Source: Mobula birostris (Eukaryota). Taken from it: a stretch of DNA of 64,000 nucleotides. Under the pieces are notes generated by a model that was not told the origin of the DNA, did no database searches, and was given only the letters and a program-made list of their open reading frames with translations. This document shows, one piece after another, positions 24,401-39,400 of the stretch. The DNA is taken from NCBI RefSeq assembly GCF_030028105.1, contig NC_092377.1, forward strand, positions 4,779,079-4,843,078, in the 5' to 3' direction. Numbering within the stretch: the first letter of the stretch is position 1; each line of letters opens with the position of its first letter. The position numbers and the translations under genes were made by a program.

Positions 24401-27400
24401 CTGGTCCCTGAACTTCTCCGTCCTGATCAAAAAGGCGCAACAGCGCCTTTATTTCCTGCAGAGCATCAAGAAAGCTCACCTCTGTCCCAGGATACTGGTG
24501 GACTTTTACCGCTGTACCATTGAGAGCATACTCACCAACTGCATCTCAGTGTGGTATGGAAATTGTCCTGTATTGGACCACAAAGCACTCCAGCATGTGG
24601 TGAAAACTGCTCAGCGAATTATCGGCACCCAATTGCCAACATTGAGAACATCTACCATAAGCACTGCCTGGGCAGGGCGAAAAGCATTATCAAGGATGCA
24701 TCTCACTCTGACCATGGACTTTTTACTCTCCTCCCATCCGGTAGACACTACAGGAGCCTCCGCTCCTGCACCAGCAGACACAGGAAGAGCTTCTTCCCTG
24801 AGGCTGTGACCCTGCCGAACCTCTCATCACAGCGCTAAGCAGTATTGCACCCATATTGTACTGTCTCAGTACTTGTATATTTGTGTGCTGTAGCACTTAC
24901 TTTTTATTCACAGTTATTTTGTAAATAACACTATTCTTTGCATTTCTGGTCAGATGCTAACTGTATTTCATTGGCTTTGTATCTGTACTCGGCACAACGA
25001 CAATAACGTTGAATCGAATCTAATACACTTGAACTTGAACTGAGTTCTGTTGAACGTTGTGGGCTGGTTATGTTGGCGCTGGATATGTGGTAATATTTGC
25101 GGGCTGTCCTAGCACATCCTTGGGTGTGCTGGTTGTTAATGTATGTTTTGGTGTGCATTGATAAATAAATCTGAATGACATTTGCTAAATATTTCCCTGT
25201 AAGGTTATGCCTCAGAATAGTTTGTCTCAGAACAGTTTACATGTGGATTTTTTTAAAAAATTGACACACAGTATAGAATAGGCCCCTCTGACCCCTTGAC
25301 CATGACACTCAGCAACCCACCTATTTAACCCTTGCCTAATCACAGGATAATTTCCTAACTGGTACATCCTTGCCTGTGGGAGGAATCTAGAGCACCCTGA
25401 GGAAACTCCAAACATGCAGTGGGGTGAATTGAACCTGTCTCGCTCGTACTGTAAAACGTTGAGCTAACCACGGCGCTAGGCTGCCACGTTGCGTTCAATC
25501 ACAAACACGAAAAAATCCACAGATGCTGGAAAACCAAGCAACTCTCAGAAAATGCTGGAGGAGCTCATCAGGCCAGGCAGCATCTATGGACAGAGTAAGC
25601 AGTTGGTGTTTCGTTCCTGATGAATGGTCTCGGCCTGAAATGTTTCCGTAGATGCTGCCTGGCCTGCAGGGTTCCTCCAACATTTTGTGTGTATCGTTCA
25701 GAGTTCAGTCCTTATCTTTGCTTACAAAATGATATTAATGATATGGGAACAGCTCAGAGAAGTTAAGCAGGGTAAAACTGGGAATGGACATGTTGTCTCA
25801 CAAGGAAAGGTGGGGCACGCTAGGTGATATGCTGTTTAGAAGAGAAGGATTTTGACTGGCAAGATGTTCCTTTGAATGTGACTCAAAATCATTCAGCCCA
25901 ACACTGAACTGATTGCATAATCTCTAGACACATTTTCAAGGACTCTACAGCTCATGTTCACAATACTTATTGCTTATTTATTATTATTATTATTTTGTTT
26001 TTTACTACTTTTATTTTATTTCCACTGTTTGTTGTCTTTTGGACTTTGGTTGTTTGTCCTGTGATGATATCCTGAGTTATTCATTATGGACTGTGCCTTT
26101 AAAAAGAGAGAGAGAGCATGCAGCTGTACAGCACAAACAGCTTGTTACACAGAGAGAGAGAGAGAGAGAGGCGAAGACTGCTCACAGGTTGTTTGGGATT
26201 TCGGCAAGGACACTGCCAGCTTCAGAGTTCCTACAGAGAGAGGGGAGGAGCTACATGATGGACAGCTGGTGTTCAGCACAGCGGTATTTAAACCAGCGTA
26301 TTTGCTTGTTTCACAGGACACACAGATGCACTAAGGTGCGGTGAAATTACCACTACACTTTCAGGTGCCCATGAGTATGGGACTGAGGATTGATTAAGAG
26401 GAATCGATCTGTGATTATTGGTGCGTGACAGAGCAACCCTGTGGAGTCTACCAGTGTGTCTAACCCTTGCCTGGGTTGGTAGATTATCACCTGAAGATGG
26501 CGCTCTTAAGTTGGTCAAGTTTGACTAACTTGGGAGTTTCAGAGGACAACGGGAAGAATCGATGGCATCAACTTACGAGGACAACAAACTACCTCTCTCT
26601 CTCCTCAATTCTGCTCAACTCACTATCACAAACTGAACTGACTTCATTTACATACCATCATAAGACTGTATTAATTACCACTTAAGCCTGAAGTTTGGGT
26701 TTATATTTCCGCACCTATATATACCGTATATGCATAATCTCTGTTAAACTGTTTGATTTATCTGGTTTTATGTTACTTTATTATGTAGTTTCTAATTAAC
26801 TAGGATTAGTTAATAGCAAAACCAGACTCCAGGTGTGTTCCATTTCTGCTGGTTCTCTAACTTGTTACGTGGTACCTAACAGTCCATCTTGTTGTCTGTG
26901 GTTTGTCATCAATTCAGCAGTGTTTCTTTCTAATTACCGCCACATGAAAGTGAATTTCAGGGTTGTTATGGGGACAAATATGTACTTGGAAAATAAATTT
27001 ACTTTGAATTTTGAAGGAAATTCTAGAATTAGCATCACTTGTTAAAATAAGAGTAATCCATTCTGTGTACAGCACAGAAACAGGCCCTTTGGCCCATCGA
27101 GTCTATGCTGAGACCATTTAAACTGTCTCCTCCCATTGACCTGCTCCACACTGGACATAGCCTTCCATACCCCTACCATCCATGTCCCTATCCAAACTGC
27201 TCTTAAATGTTGAAATGGAGCTCCCATGCACCACTTGTGCAGGCAACTCCTTCCACACTCTCTCAACTCTGAATGAAGAAGTTTCCCCTTATGTTCCTGT
27301 TAAGCTTTTCCCCTTTCACGCTTAACCTATGACCTCTGGTTGTAGTTCCACCCAACCCCAGTGGAAAAATCCTGTTTGCATTTACCCCTTGCAATCTATA

Positions 27401-30400
27401 CCTCTCAATTTTGTGTACCTCTCTCAAATCTCCTCTCAGTCTTCTATGTTCTAAGGAATACATCCCCAACTAATTCAATTTTTCCTTTAACTCAGGTCCT
27501 CCAGACCCGGCAACATCCTGGTAAATTTTCTCTGTATTCTTTCAAACTTGTTCACATCTTTCCTGTAGGTAGTGAAAACCATAGCAATGGTGTAGAGGAG
27601 ATTTACAAGGATGTTGCCTCGAATAGGGAGCATGCCTGATGAAAACAGGTTGAGTGAACTCAGCCTTTTCTCCTTGGTGTGACAGAGGGTAAGAGGTGAC
27701 CTGATAGAGGTGTATAAAATGACGAGAGGCATTGATCATGTGGATGATCAGAGGTTTTTTCCCAGGGCTGAAATGGCTGCCACAAGAGGGCACAGGTTTA
27801 ATGTGCTGGGGATTAGTTACAGAGGAGATGTCAGGGGCAAGTTTTTTTTTACACAGAGTGGTGAGTGCGTGGAATGGGCTGCTGGCATTGGTGGTGGAGG
27901 CAGTTACGATAGGGTCTTTTAAGAGACTTTTGGATAGGTAATGAAGCTTAGAAAAATAGAGGGCTATGGGTAACCCTAGTAATTTCTAAGGTTGGAACAT
28001 GTTCGGCACAACTTTGTGGGCCGAAGGGCCTGTATTGTGCTGTAGGTTTTCTATGTTTTTATAATACTCCAAATTAGGCCTCACCAACGTCTTATATAAC
28101 TTCAACGTGGCATCCAGGCTCCTGTACTCAATACATTGATTTATGAAGGCCAATGTGGCAAATGTTTTTTTTTTAACTACCCTATCTACAGTACTTGTGA
28201 AGCCACTTTCAACAATTTATGGATCTGTGTTCCCAGATCCCTTTGTTCTACCATATTCCTCAGTGCCCGAACATACAGACTGCAAGACCAATCCTGGTTG
28301 GTCTGACTGAAGTGCAAAACCTCACTTGTCTGCACAAAATTCTATCTGCCATTTTTCAGCCCGTTTTTCCAGCGGATGCAGATCGCTCTGCAGCCCATGA
28401 CAGCTTTCCTCGCTGTCTACTATACCCCCAATCTTAGTGCCAAATTTGCTGATCCAGTTTATCATCCAGATTATTGATATAGATGACAAACAACAAAGGA
28501 ACCAGCACTGATCCCTGCTGCACACCACTTGTCACAGGCAACCACCTACTACCACTGTCTGGCTGTGATCAGCAGCCAATTTGGACATTGGAAGTTTGGA
28601 GAGGGGGGGATTTCAATCAGATCTGCTCGAGGATAAAAGGCAATGGTGGGTCATGGCAGAGAATAAGAGCGTTAACCAGCAACTATTCGGCGTTTGGGAT
28701 TGATTAGTCAGAGCAATTTAAAAGAAGGCAGGAGCAAGCACAGTGGCTGTTGTTGCAGCGGCCGTCAGTCTGGGTGGGTGGGGTCAGAGCAGGCAGGGTC
28801 AGAGCGGGCATCCTAAGGGTCCAGCAAAGAGAAAGTAAAGGAAAGAACTGATCAACTCTTCTTTATATCTGCTCAGCTTGGGCAGTAGAGACATCAGGCA
28901 GGATAGTGAAATGCTCCTCTTGTGAGATGTGAGCGACGTCTAGTGTCCCTGGGGTCTACAATGGCGAGAAGTGCATCCAGATGCAGCTTCTAACAAATGG
29001 CATTAATGAGCTGGAGCTGGAACTGGATGAATTCCAGATCATTTGGGAGGCCGAGGGGTTGATAAATAGAACATTTAGAGAGGTAGCTACACTCAAGTTA
29101 TAGGACCCAGGAAACTGGGTGACAGTCAGGAAAGGGAAGGGGTTAAGGAGCCAATGCTCAGTACCTCTGTGGCCAGCCCCTCAATAACAGGAGTATCACT
29201 TTGGATACTGTTGGGAGGTATGACCTAAAAGAGGAAAATCACAGTGTGTGAGTCTCTGGCACAGAGTCTGCCTTTGTGACTCAGAAGGGAAGAGGGGAGA
29301 AGATTCATGCTGTGTTGAAATAGGATTCGTTAGTGAGGGGGAACAGACAGGAGGTTCTGCAGGTGAGAATGAGATTCCTGGATAGTATGTTGCCTCCTGG
29401 GTGCCAGGGTCCAGGATATATTGGACTGAGCCCTCAGCTTTGTTAAGTGGGAGGGTGAACAGCCAGAATTCATGGTCCATGTAGGTACCAAGCACACGGG
29501 TAGGACGAGTGACGAGGTTCTGCACAGGAAGTTCAGGGAGTTAAGAGATAAATTAAAAGGCAGGACCTCCAAGGATGAGATCTCAGGATTGCTACCCATG
29601 CCACATGCTAGTGAGGCCAGAACTAGCAAGATTATACATCTTAATGCATGGCTAAGGAGTTGATGTAGGAAGGAGAGCATAAGATTTTTGGATCATTGGG
29701 CTCTCTCCCAGGGAAGGTGGGGCCTGTACAGAATGGATGGCTTGCATCTGAACTGGAGGGGGACTCGTATCCTAGTGCGAAGGTTTGTTAATGCTGCACA
29801 GTGGGATTTGAACTAGATTTGCACAGGGATGGGAACCAGTGCCAGAACAGTTGGTGGAGATGCTGTGGAGGCAGCTGTTGGTAAGACCTCAGACAAAGTT
29901 AGGAATCAAAAGATTAAGCATGGTGTGATGAGTGTCCTGAGCTGCGTATTTTTCAAAGCAAGAAGAATCATAGGAAAGGAAGATCATAGTGCTGAAGATG
30001 AGGTAGCTGGTTTACAAACAGGGGCAATGTGTAGTGAGGCTGTTGATAGGACAAAATTGCAGTCAACAGGATGACTTGCAACGTAAAATGCGGACAAAAT
30101 CAAAAAGAGTGAACACAGGATTGAAAGGGTTGTATTAGAACGTGCGCTGCATTTGGAATAAGGTCGATGGACTTGTAGCACAGTTGCAGATTGGCAGCTA
30201 CGATGCCGTAGGGATCATTGGATCATTGCTGAAATATTATAGCTGGGAGTTATAATCCATGTATACAAATTGTATGTAAAGGACAGGTAGGAAGACAGAG
30301 GGTGATGCATTGCTCTGTTGGTAAAAGAGGGCAATGTTACAATAGTCATGCGGGACACCAATATGCATAGATTGGGAAAATCAGGTTGGTACTGGATTCC

Positions 30401-33400
30401 AGGAAGGGGAATTTCTACAGTGCCAGTAAGATAGCTTTTTAGAGCAGCTTATGGTTGAGCAAGTGATCAGAATATGATCAAATACACCCTGAAATTTGAG
30501 AAGGAAAAGCTAAAGTCAGATGGATCAGTATTACATTGGAGTAAAGGAAATATAGAGGTATGAGAGAAGAGTTGGTCATAATTGATTGGAAAAGAACACT
30601 GGCAGGGATGACGGCAGAGCAGCAATGGCTGGAATTTCTGGAAGAAATTCAGAGGGCACAGGATATATACATCCCAAGAGGGAGGTGGTACTCTGAAGGA
30701 AAGATGACAACTGTGACTAACAAGAGAAGTCAATGCCAACATAAAAGCCAAAGAGAGAGCATATAATGGGGCAACAATTAGTTCAAGGATTGGGAAGCTT
30801 TTAAATAACAACAGAAGGCAAATAAAATATCATTAAGTAGGTAAAGATGGGATACGAAAGTAAGCTAGCCACTAATATTAAAGAGGATACCATAAAAATC
30901 TTCAGATACATAAAGTGTAAAAGAGAGGTGAGAGCAGATATTGGATCCCTGGAAAACAGTACTGGAGAGGTAGTAATGGTGGACAATGAAATGGCCAACA
31001 AGCTAAATAAGTATTTTGTATCAGTCTTCACTGTGGAAGACACTAGTATGTTGGAAGTTGCAGGTGTCAGTGGTCATGAAGTGTGTGAAGTCACCATTAT
31101 TGGAGAGAAGATTCTTGGGAAACTGAAAGGTCTGAAGGTGGATAAATCAGCTGGACCAGTTAGTGTACACCCAAGTGTCTTGAAAGAGGTAGCTGAAGAG
31201 ATTGTGGAGGCACTAGTAATGATCTTTCAAGAATCACTAGATTCTGGAACGGTTGTGGAAGACTGGAAAATTGCAAATGTCACTCCACTTTTCAAGAAGG
31301 GAGAGATACAGATGAAAGGAACCTGTATGCCACTTCATTTGACCTCAGTGGTTGGGCAGATTATAAGAGTGAGGTTCCAGGGTACTTGGAGGCAGATGAT
31401 AAAATAGGCCATCATCAACATGAATTCCTCAAGGAAAAATCAATCACGCCTAACAAATCTGTTGGAATTCTTTGCGAGAAATAACAAGCAGGATAGATGA
31501 AGGAGAATCAGTGGATGTTGTGTACTTGGATTTTCAGGTGGTCTTTGACAATGTGCCATGCATGAGGCTGTTTAACAAGCTATGAAACCATGGTATGACA
31601 GGAAAAATTCTAGCATGGATAAAGCAGTGGCTGGTTAACAGGAGGCAAAGAGTGGGAAAAAAGGGAGCCTTTATTCAATCAGTCCTGATAAAGGATTTCA
31701 GCCTAATACATTGGCTATACACTGGCTTCCTGCCTGTGACTTGGTGTTCCACAGGGGTCTGAGCTGCGACTGATTCTTTTTACTTTATCTGTCATTGATT
31801 TGGAATGTAGAATTGGTGGCTTTGTTACAAAGTTTGCAGGTGATATGGAGATAAGTGGAGAGGCTGGCAGTTTTCTAAAGGGAAAGAAAATACAAAAAAA
31901 CTCTGGTGCAAAGGGAGCTGGAAATCTTTCTGCAGGATTCCCTGAAGGTTAATTTACAGGTTGAGTCTGTGATAAGGAAGACAAATGCAATGTTAGCGTT
32001 CATTTCAAGAGCAGTATTGTGAGTAGTTTGGGTCCCCATATATTAGAGCGGATGTGCTGAAACTGGAGAGGGTTCAAAGGAGGTTCACAAAAATGATTCC
32101 AGGTTTGAATGGATTGTCCTATGAAAGGCGTTTGATGGCTCTGGGTCTCTATTTACTGGAATGCAGAAGAATGAAGGGCGGTCTCATCAAAACCTATCGA
32201 ATAGTGAAAGACCTTGAGAGAGTGGATGTGGCGAGGATGCTTCCTAAGGTGTGAGAGTCTAACACCTGAGGCTACAGCCTCAGAATAGAGGGGTGTCCCT
32301 TTAGAACGCAGATGAGAAGGAATTTCGTTTGCCGGAGTGGTGAATCTGTGAAATTCTTTGCCATCGGCAGCTATGGAGACCAAGTCTTTATGTATATTCA
32401 AGGCAAATGTTGATAGATTCGTGATTGGTGATGTGGGGAGAAGGCAGGAGCTGGAGTTTGGGAAAATTAGGTCTGTCATGGTAAAAATGGAGTAGCAGAC
32501 TCAATGGGCCAAATATCTATATCTTATGGTCCTATGGCTTCTTCCACAAAGCAAATATCTCGTCACATTTATTACCTCATCTTGAATGCCGAGTCACTGA
32601 AACTTCTTGACCACTTTTCCCATGCGGGACCTTGTCAAGTGCCTCGCTAAAGTCCAGGTAGACAACAGCCACTGCCTTGCCTTCATCCATTTTCCTGCTA
32701 ACTTCTTCAAAAAAACTCTATAAGGTTGGTTAGATATGATCTACCGTGTACAAAGCCATATAGATAATTCTTAATCAGCTCATGTCGATCCAAATACTTA
32801 AATGTCCGGTCTGTCCGAAACCTTCCAATCACTTTCCAAGTGATGTCTGACTCACTTGCCTATAATTCCCTTGGTCATGTTTAGAGCCTTTTCAGTAAAC
32901 AGGCAATTGGAACTGTTCTCCAATCTTCTGGCACTTCTCCTGTCACCAAGAATGTTTCGAATGCCTCTGCGAGGGCCCCGACAATTTCTGCACTTGCTTC
33001 CCACAAGGTCTGAGGGAACACCTTGTAAGGCTCTGGGGATTTATCCACGTGAATTTGCCTCAGGATTTGAAGAGGAGCTGATTTTATTATTCTCTGAGGG
33101 TTGAGTCTTTGGATCTCTCTTCCTGAAAGGACACTGGAAGTAGAACCTTTGAGTCTTTAAAACAGAAAGTGATGGTCTATTGATAAGCAAAGACAAGAAA
33201 AGTCACTGGAGGGGATGGGATTATGGAGTTGCAGTTACAATTGAACCACCGTGCCCTTAATAAACAACAGAGCAGGTCTGAGGGTAAATTGTTGAACTGG
33301 TTTATTGTTGCCACATGTACTGAGGTAGAGTGAAGAATTTGCACAGGTGTTCATACAGGTCAAATCTTTACCACAGTGCACTGAGGCAGGACAAAATAAA

Positions 33401-36400
33401 CCAATAACAGAGTGCAGAATAAAGTGTGACAGTCACAGAGAGAGAGTGCAGTGCAGGCAGACAATAGCGTACAAGGTCATAACAAGGTAGATTGTGGGTC
33501 AAGAGTCTTATCCTACAGGGGATCCTTTCAAGATTCAAAATTCTTCAATATCATTTCAATTATACAAGTGTGAAGGAGAACAAAATAATTGTTATTCTGG
33601 ATTTCGTACAGCACAAAAACACAAGAAGACAAAGAACACAACAATAAAAAAATACAATAAATATAAATACTTGTATAAGTAACTTATACACATAGATTGA
33701 TTGTATGTCCATAAAGTGACATTAGGCACAGTAATGTCTGTACATAAGGTGACTGACAGGAAATGATAAAGTGGTGGTGGTTGTGGGTGTGCAGGGGTGG
33801 GTTAGTGGGTGGAGGTGTTGATCAGTCTTTTTGCTTGGGGAAAGTAACTAGTTTTTGAGTCTGGAGGTCCTGGTGTGGATGCTACATAGCCTCCTCCCTG
33901 ACAGTCCATGAGCAAGGTGGGTGGGATCCTTCATGATGTTACTGGCCCTGTTCCAGCACCTTTCTGTATCTATGTCCTTGATGGAGGGTAGCTGGTGCTG
34001 GCGATGTGTTGGATAGTTTGGACTGCCTGTTGTAGATTGTTCCTGTCTGCAGCAGTGCAGTTTCTGTACCGCGCAGTGATGCAGTTTGTTAGGATGCCCC
34101 CTACTGTACATCTGTAGAATGACGTGAGTATGGATGTGCAAAGTCCAGCTCTCTTCAGCCTCCTCAGAAAGTAGAGGTGAGTAGAGGTGAGTATAGGAGA
34201 GTAGAAATAGTCTTATAACAGCGGGGTGGAAGGGCCTGTTCCTACTGCTAATTCATATTAGTGTCCAAATAAAAGGTTAAGGAGGAAGTAATGGTGTTTA
34301 TCTAACAGACGTTCAATACCTGATTTATTAGGAAGTAAAAGTGTTCATGGAAAACATTTCTCAATGTTATATTGAAGAAGGTTACTTACCGCAGTAACAT
34401 TTGTGGCTGCCTGTGTATTCACCTCGGTTTCAGCTGAAATAAAATGAGAATTTGTTTGAGAGTTACAACACAAGAATGATAATTGAACTGAAATCACATT
34501 GTGATGAAAAGTCTTCTGTTCATGCTTATCAGGTGCATTCAGACAGGGACAGCAAACTGCAGAACATGCCATGTGAAGCATTTCCCATCGGAGCCTCCAC
34601 AGGGGCATGGCAAGCAAGACTCACACGTGACTCAAAGGCCAGAGTTGATTGCTTTTGTGTTATTTAGGCTGCATCAAGCCCTATTTGGGGAATTAAGGCC
34701 AAAAGTGTAAACCATAAGACAAAGGAGCAGAATTAGGCTATTCAACTCATCAGGTCTACTTCACCATTCCATCATGGCTGATTTATTATCCCTCTCAACC
34801 CTGTTTGTCTGCTTTTCTGCACAACCTTTGATGCCATTACTAATCAAGAACATGTTAACCTCCACTTTAAATATACCCAATGACTCGGCCTCCACAGCTG
34901 TTGGAGCTGTGACAGTAAATTCCACAGATTCATCACCCTCTGCTGAAGGAATTCCTCCTCTAAAGGAATATCCTTATATTATGAGACTGTGACCTCTGAC
35001 CCTAAATTCCCATCACAGAAGGAAGCATCCTCTCCATGTCCACATTATTGAGGCCTTTCAATATTTGATAGGTTTCAATGAGATCTCCCCTCATTCTTCC
35101 AACTCCAGCAAAAACTGGCCCAGAGCTATCAAACTCTCCTCGTACATTATTATGTTCATGTTTGGAATCATTCTGTCCAACCTCCTCTGGACCCTCTCCA
35201 GTAGCAGCACATCCTTTCTCAGATAAGGGGCACAAAACTGCTCATAATACTCCAAATGTGACTGTCCAATACCTTATATAATACCCCAGCATTACATCCT
35301 TGCTTTTATATGTTAGTTCTTGCAAAATGAATGCTAATATTGCATTTCCCTTCTTCACCATCAACTTAATCTGCAAGTTAACCTTTAGGGTATCCCAAAC
35401 AAGGACTCCCAAGTCCCTTTGCACCTCTGATTTATGAATTTTCTCCAATTTATAAAATAGTCTATGTCTTTATTTTTTCTACCAAAGTGCATGACCATAC
35501 ACCATCTGTCCAAGTCTTTCTGCAGATTCCCTGCTTCGTCAAAACTACTTGCCCCTCCACCTACCTTTGTATTATTCTCAAACATGATCACAAAACCATC
35601 AATTCCATCAGCCAAATTGGTGACAATTAGTATCACATGAAAAGCACCAATGCCAATACCAACCCCTGTGGAACACCACTCATCACTGGCAGCCAATCAG
35701 AAAAGGCCCCCTTCAATCCCACTCTTTGCCTCCAGCCAGTCAGCCAATCCCTGTCCTGTAAGACCATGGGTTCTTTTCTTGTTTAGCTTGTGTGCAGCAC
35801 CTTGCAGACTAATTCTTCTGCACAAAGGTAATTTCAGCTGGATTTTCAATTAGGAGTAAAGGATTAGTCAAATAAATAAACACAAAATAATCTGCCGATG
35901 CTGGGGTCAAAGCAACACTCACAACACGCTGGAGGAACTCAGCAGGCCGGGCAGCATCTGTGGAAAAGATTGGTCGACGTTTTGGGCCGGAACCCTTCAT
36001 CAGAACTGAAGGGGGAGGGGGCAGAGGCCCTATAAAGAAGGTGGGGGAGGGTGGGAAGGAGAAGGCTGGTAGGTTCCAGGTGAAAAACCAGTAAGGGGAA
36101 AGATAAAGGGGTGGGGGAGGGGAGGCAGGGAGGGGATAGGCAGGAAAGGTGAAGAAAGAATAGGGGAAAACACAATGGGTAGTAGAAGGAGGCGAAACCA
36201 AGAGGGAGGAGGTAGGCAGCTGGGGGGGGGGCAGGGTAACATAGGGATAGGGGAAGGGAGGGGGAGGGAATTACTGGAAGTTGGAGAATTCTATGTTCAT
36301 ATCAAGGGGCTGGAGACTACCTAGACGGTATATGAGGTGTTGCTCCTCCAACCTGAGTTTAACCTCATCATGGCAGTAGAGGAGACCACGTATGGACATA

Positions 36401-39400
36401 TCTGAATGGGAGTGGGAAGCACAGTTGAAGTGGGTGGCTACTGGGAGATCCTGTCTGTTGTGGCAGACGGAGCGGAGGTGCTCGACGAAGTGATCCCCCA
36501 ATCTGCGTCGGATTGCACCGATGTAGAGGAGGCTGCACCGGGAGCACCGGATGCAATAGATGACCCCAACAGACTCACAAGTGAAGTGTTGCCTCACCTG
36601 GAAGTACTGTTTGGGGCCCTGAATGGTGGCGAGAGAGGAGGTGTAGGGACAGGTGTAGCACTTACACTTACAGGGATAAGGGCCAGGTGGGAGATCCGTG
36701 GAGAGGGACCGATCCCTGTGGGAGGTGGAGAGGGGAACATGTGCTTAGTGGTGGGGTCAAATGTCCTCTTTCTTTAAGGATTGTGGTTTCCCTTCTGCTG
36801 TCATCAATGATGCCCTCACCCGCATCTCCTCCATTTCCTGCACTTTGGCTCTCACCCCATCCTCCCGCCACCACAACATGGACAGAGTTGCCCTTGTCCT
36901 CACCTACCACCCCACCAGCCTCCGGATCCAACATATTATCCTCCGCAACTTCCGCCACCTTCAACAGGACCCCACCACTAAACACATCTTTCCCTCTCCA
37001 CCCCTCTCCACCTTCCGCAGGGATCAGTCCCTCCGCGACTCCCTGGTCCACACGTCCCTCCCCATGGATCTCCCACCCGGCACTTATCTCTGTAAGCGCA
37101 GTGCTACACCTGTCCCTACACCTCTTCTCTTACCACCATTCAGGGCCCCAAACAGTCCTTCCAAGTGAGGCAACACTTCACTTGTGAGTCTGTTGCGGTC
37201 ATCTATTGCATCTGGTGCTCCAGATGCGGCCTCTCTACATCGGTGAAACCCGACGCAGATTGGGGGACCGCTTCGTCGAGCACCTCCGCTCCGTCCGCCA
37301 CAACAGACAGGATCTCCCGGTAGCCACCCACTTCAACTCTGCTTCCCATTCCCATTCAGATATGTCCATACATGGCCTCCTCTACTGCCATGATGAGGCT
37401 AAACTCAGGTTGGAGGAGCAACACCTCATATACCGTCTAGGTAGTCTCCAGCCCCTTGATATGAACATAGAATTCTCCAACTTCCAGTAATTCCCTCCCT
37501 CTCCCTTCCCCTATCCCTATTTCACCCTTCCCCCTCCCCCAGCTGCCTATCACCTCCCTCATGGTTCCCCCTCCTTCTACTACCCATTGTGTTTTCCCCT
37601 ATTCTTTCTTCACCTTTCCTGCCTATCACCTCCCTGCCTCCCCTCCCCCACCCCTTTATCTTTCCCCTTACTGGTTTTTCACCTGGAACCTACCAGCCTT
37701 CTCCTTCCCACCCTCCCCCCACCTTCTTTATAGGCCTCTGCCCCTTCCCTCTACAGTCCTGACGAAGGGTTCCAGCCCGAAACGTCAACCGATCGTTTCC
37801 ATAGATGCTGCCCAACCTGCTGAGTTCCTCCAGCGTGTTGTGAGTTAAATAAATAATTGTACGTCCTTTAGTTTGGTCAGTGACAGGTGTGAGTTCAACC
37901 ATGGTCAAGTGGATGAGAATTTGAAAGTCTTTGATCGTATTGGTCTTGGTAAAATTCTGCATTAATTTGGCAGTGACAGTCACCACCTTCAGAGAATATG
38001 CATGAATTGAGAATTTTTTAAAGTTGGCTCAAAACTGATGGTATGCCAGTCTGTGTCAGAAGGCAGAGTGCACAGTGTTCTGTGGCAAGGTGTCCTCTGG
38101 TTTGAAACAGATGTTGATGCTTACATTTACATTGTCTGGATGCAGGATCTGATTGGAATTGAGGCCTGAATGGGGTAAGGATTTTCACTCTATTTCTATC
38201 CCTTGGTATGGTCTGCATGTACGGGTGTCTGTTATTTAGAACAAAGTTGCAATGAATTTTCTTTGATTTCCTTGATGAGGAATGTTTATTTGTCTGCATA
38301 TTTTTGTCTGCATATATTGAAGAAAAGGCAGGACTGGAGTTGATGTTGAGAATGATGGAACAATTGCTTACTCCTTGCTCCCTGTCCTGCATTGGGGATC
38401 ATTGTTGAACATAACCATCACGTAGAGTAATTCCCAATCTGAGAACTGAAATTAACTTTTTACCTGTAACTGTGGCATACACTGTGTTCATAGCCTTAGT
38501 AGAGCACCTGGGTAAACAGTGAAGAAGATAATGTTAATGAATTAGTTATATGATAAATGTCAAAGTCCTTAAAACAACTTGACAACTTTATGAGAAGTTA
38601 AAGTAGTCAGATTATCTTTTCCGGTGTAATAAAGTTTTGTGAAAGTAATGGTTGTCTGTTTCATGTCAGCTTTCGTACTCCTGAGGGAATTAGACCATAA
38701 GACCATAAAATATAGGAGCAGATGTAGGTCATTCGGCCCATCGATTCTGCTCCGCCATTCAGTGGTCACCCTTCTTAAATAGCGGAGTAACATTTGCAAT
38801 TTTCCAGTCATCCGATACAATGCCAGAATCTATCGGTTCTTGAAAGATCATTGTTAATGCCTCTGCAATCTCTCCAGATACTTCCTTTAGAACCTGAGGC
38901 TGCATTCCATCTCATCCAGGAGATTTATCCACCTTCAGACCATTAAGCTTCCTGAGCACCTTCTCAATAGTAATTTTCACTGCACAAACTTAACTTCCCT
39001 GACACTCTTGAATGTCCGGTATACTGCAGACGTCTTCCACTGTGAAGACTGATGTAAAGTACACATTCAGTTCCTCTGCCATCTCTGTATGTCTCTCATT
39101 ACAATATCTCCAGCATCATTTTGTATTGGTCCTATATCTAACCTCAACTCTCTTTTACCCTCTGTATACGTAAAAATGCTTTTAGCATCTTCTTTGATAT
39201 TAGTCCCAGCTTCCTCTCATAATTCATCCTTTCCTTCCCAATGACCTTCTTAGTTTCCTTCTGCAAGTTTTTAAAAGCTCCCCTATCCTCTATCTTCCCA
39301 CCAGCTGTGGCTTCCTTGTATGCTCTCTCTTTTGCTTTCACTTTGGCTCCGATTTCACTTGTCAGCCACAGTAATGTCCTCCTTACATTCGAATATCTCT

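Noticed and set aside
38369-38383. 15-nt candidate micro-exon (GQGAR) with donor gtaagc
   Set aside because: Weak acceptor and only ~80 nt from the previous exon; cannot be distinguished from chance.
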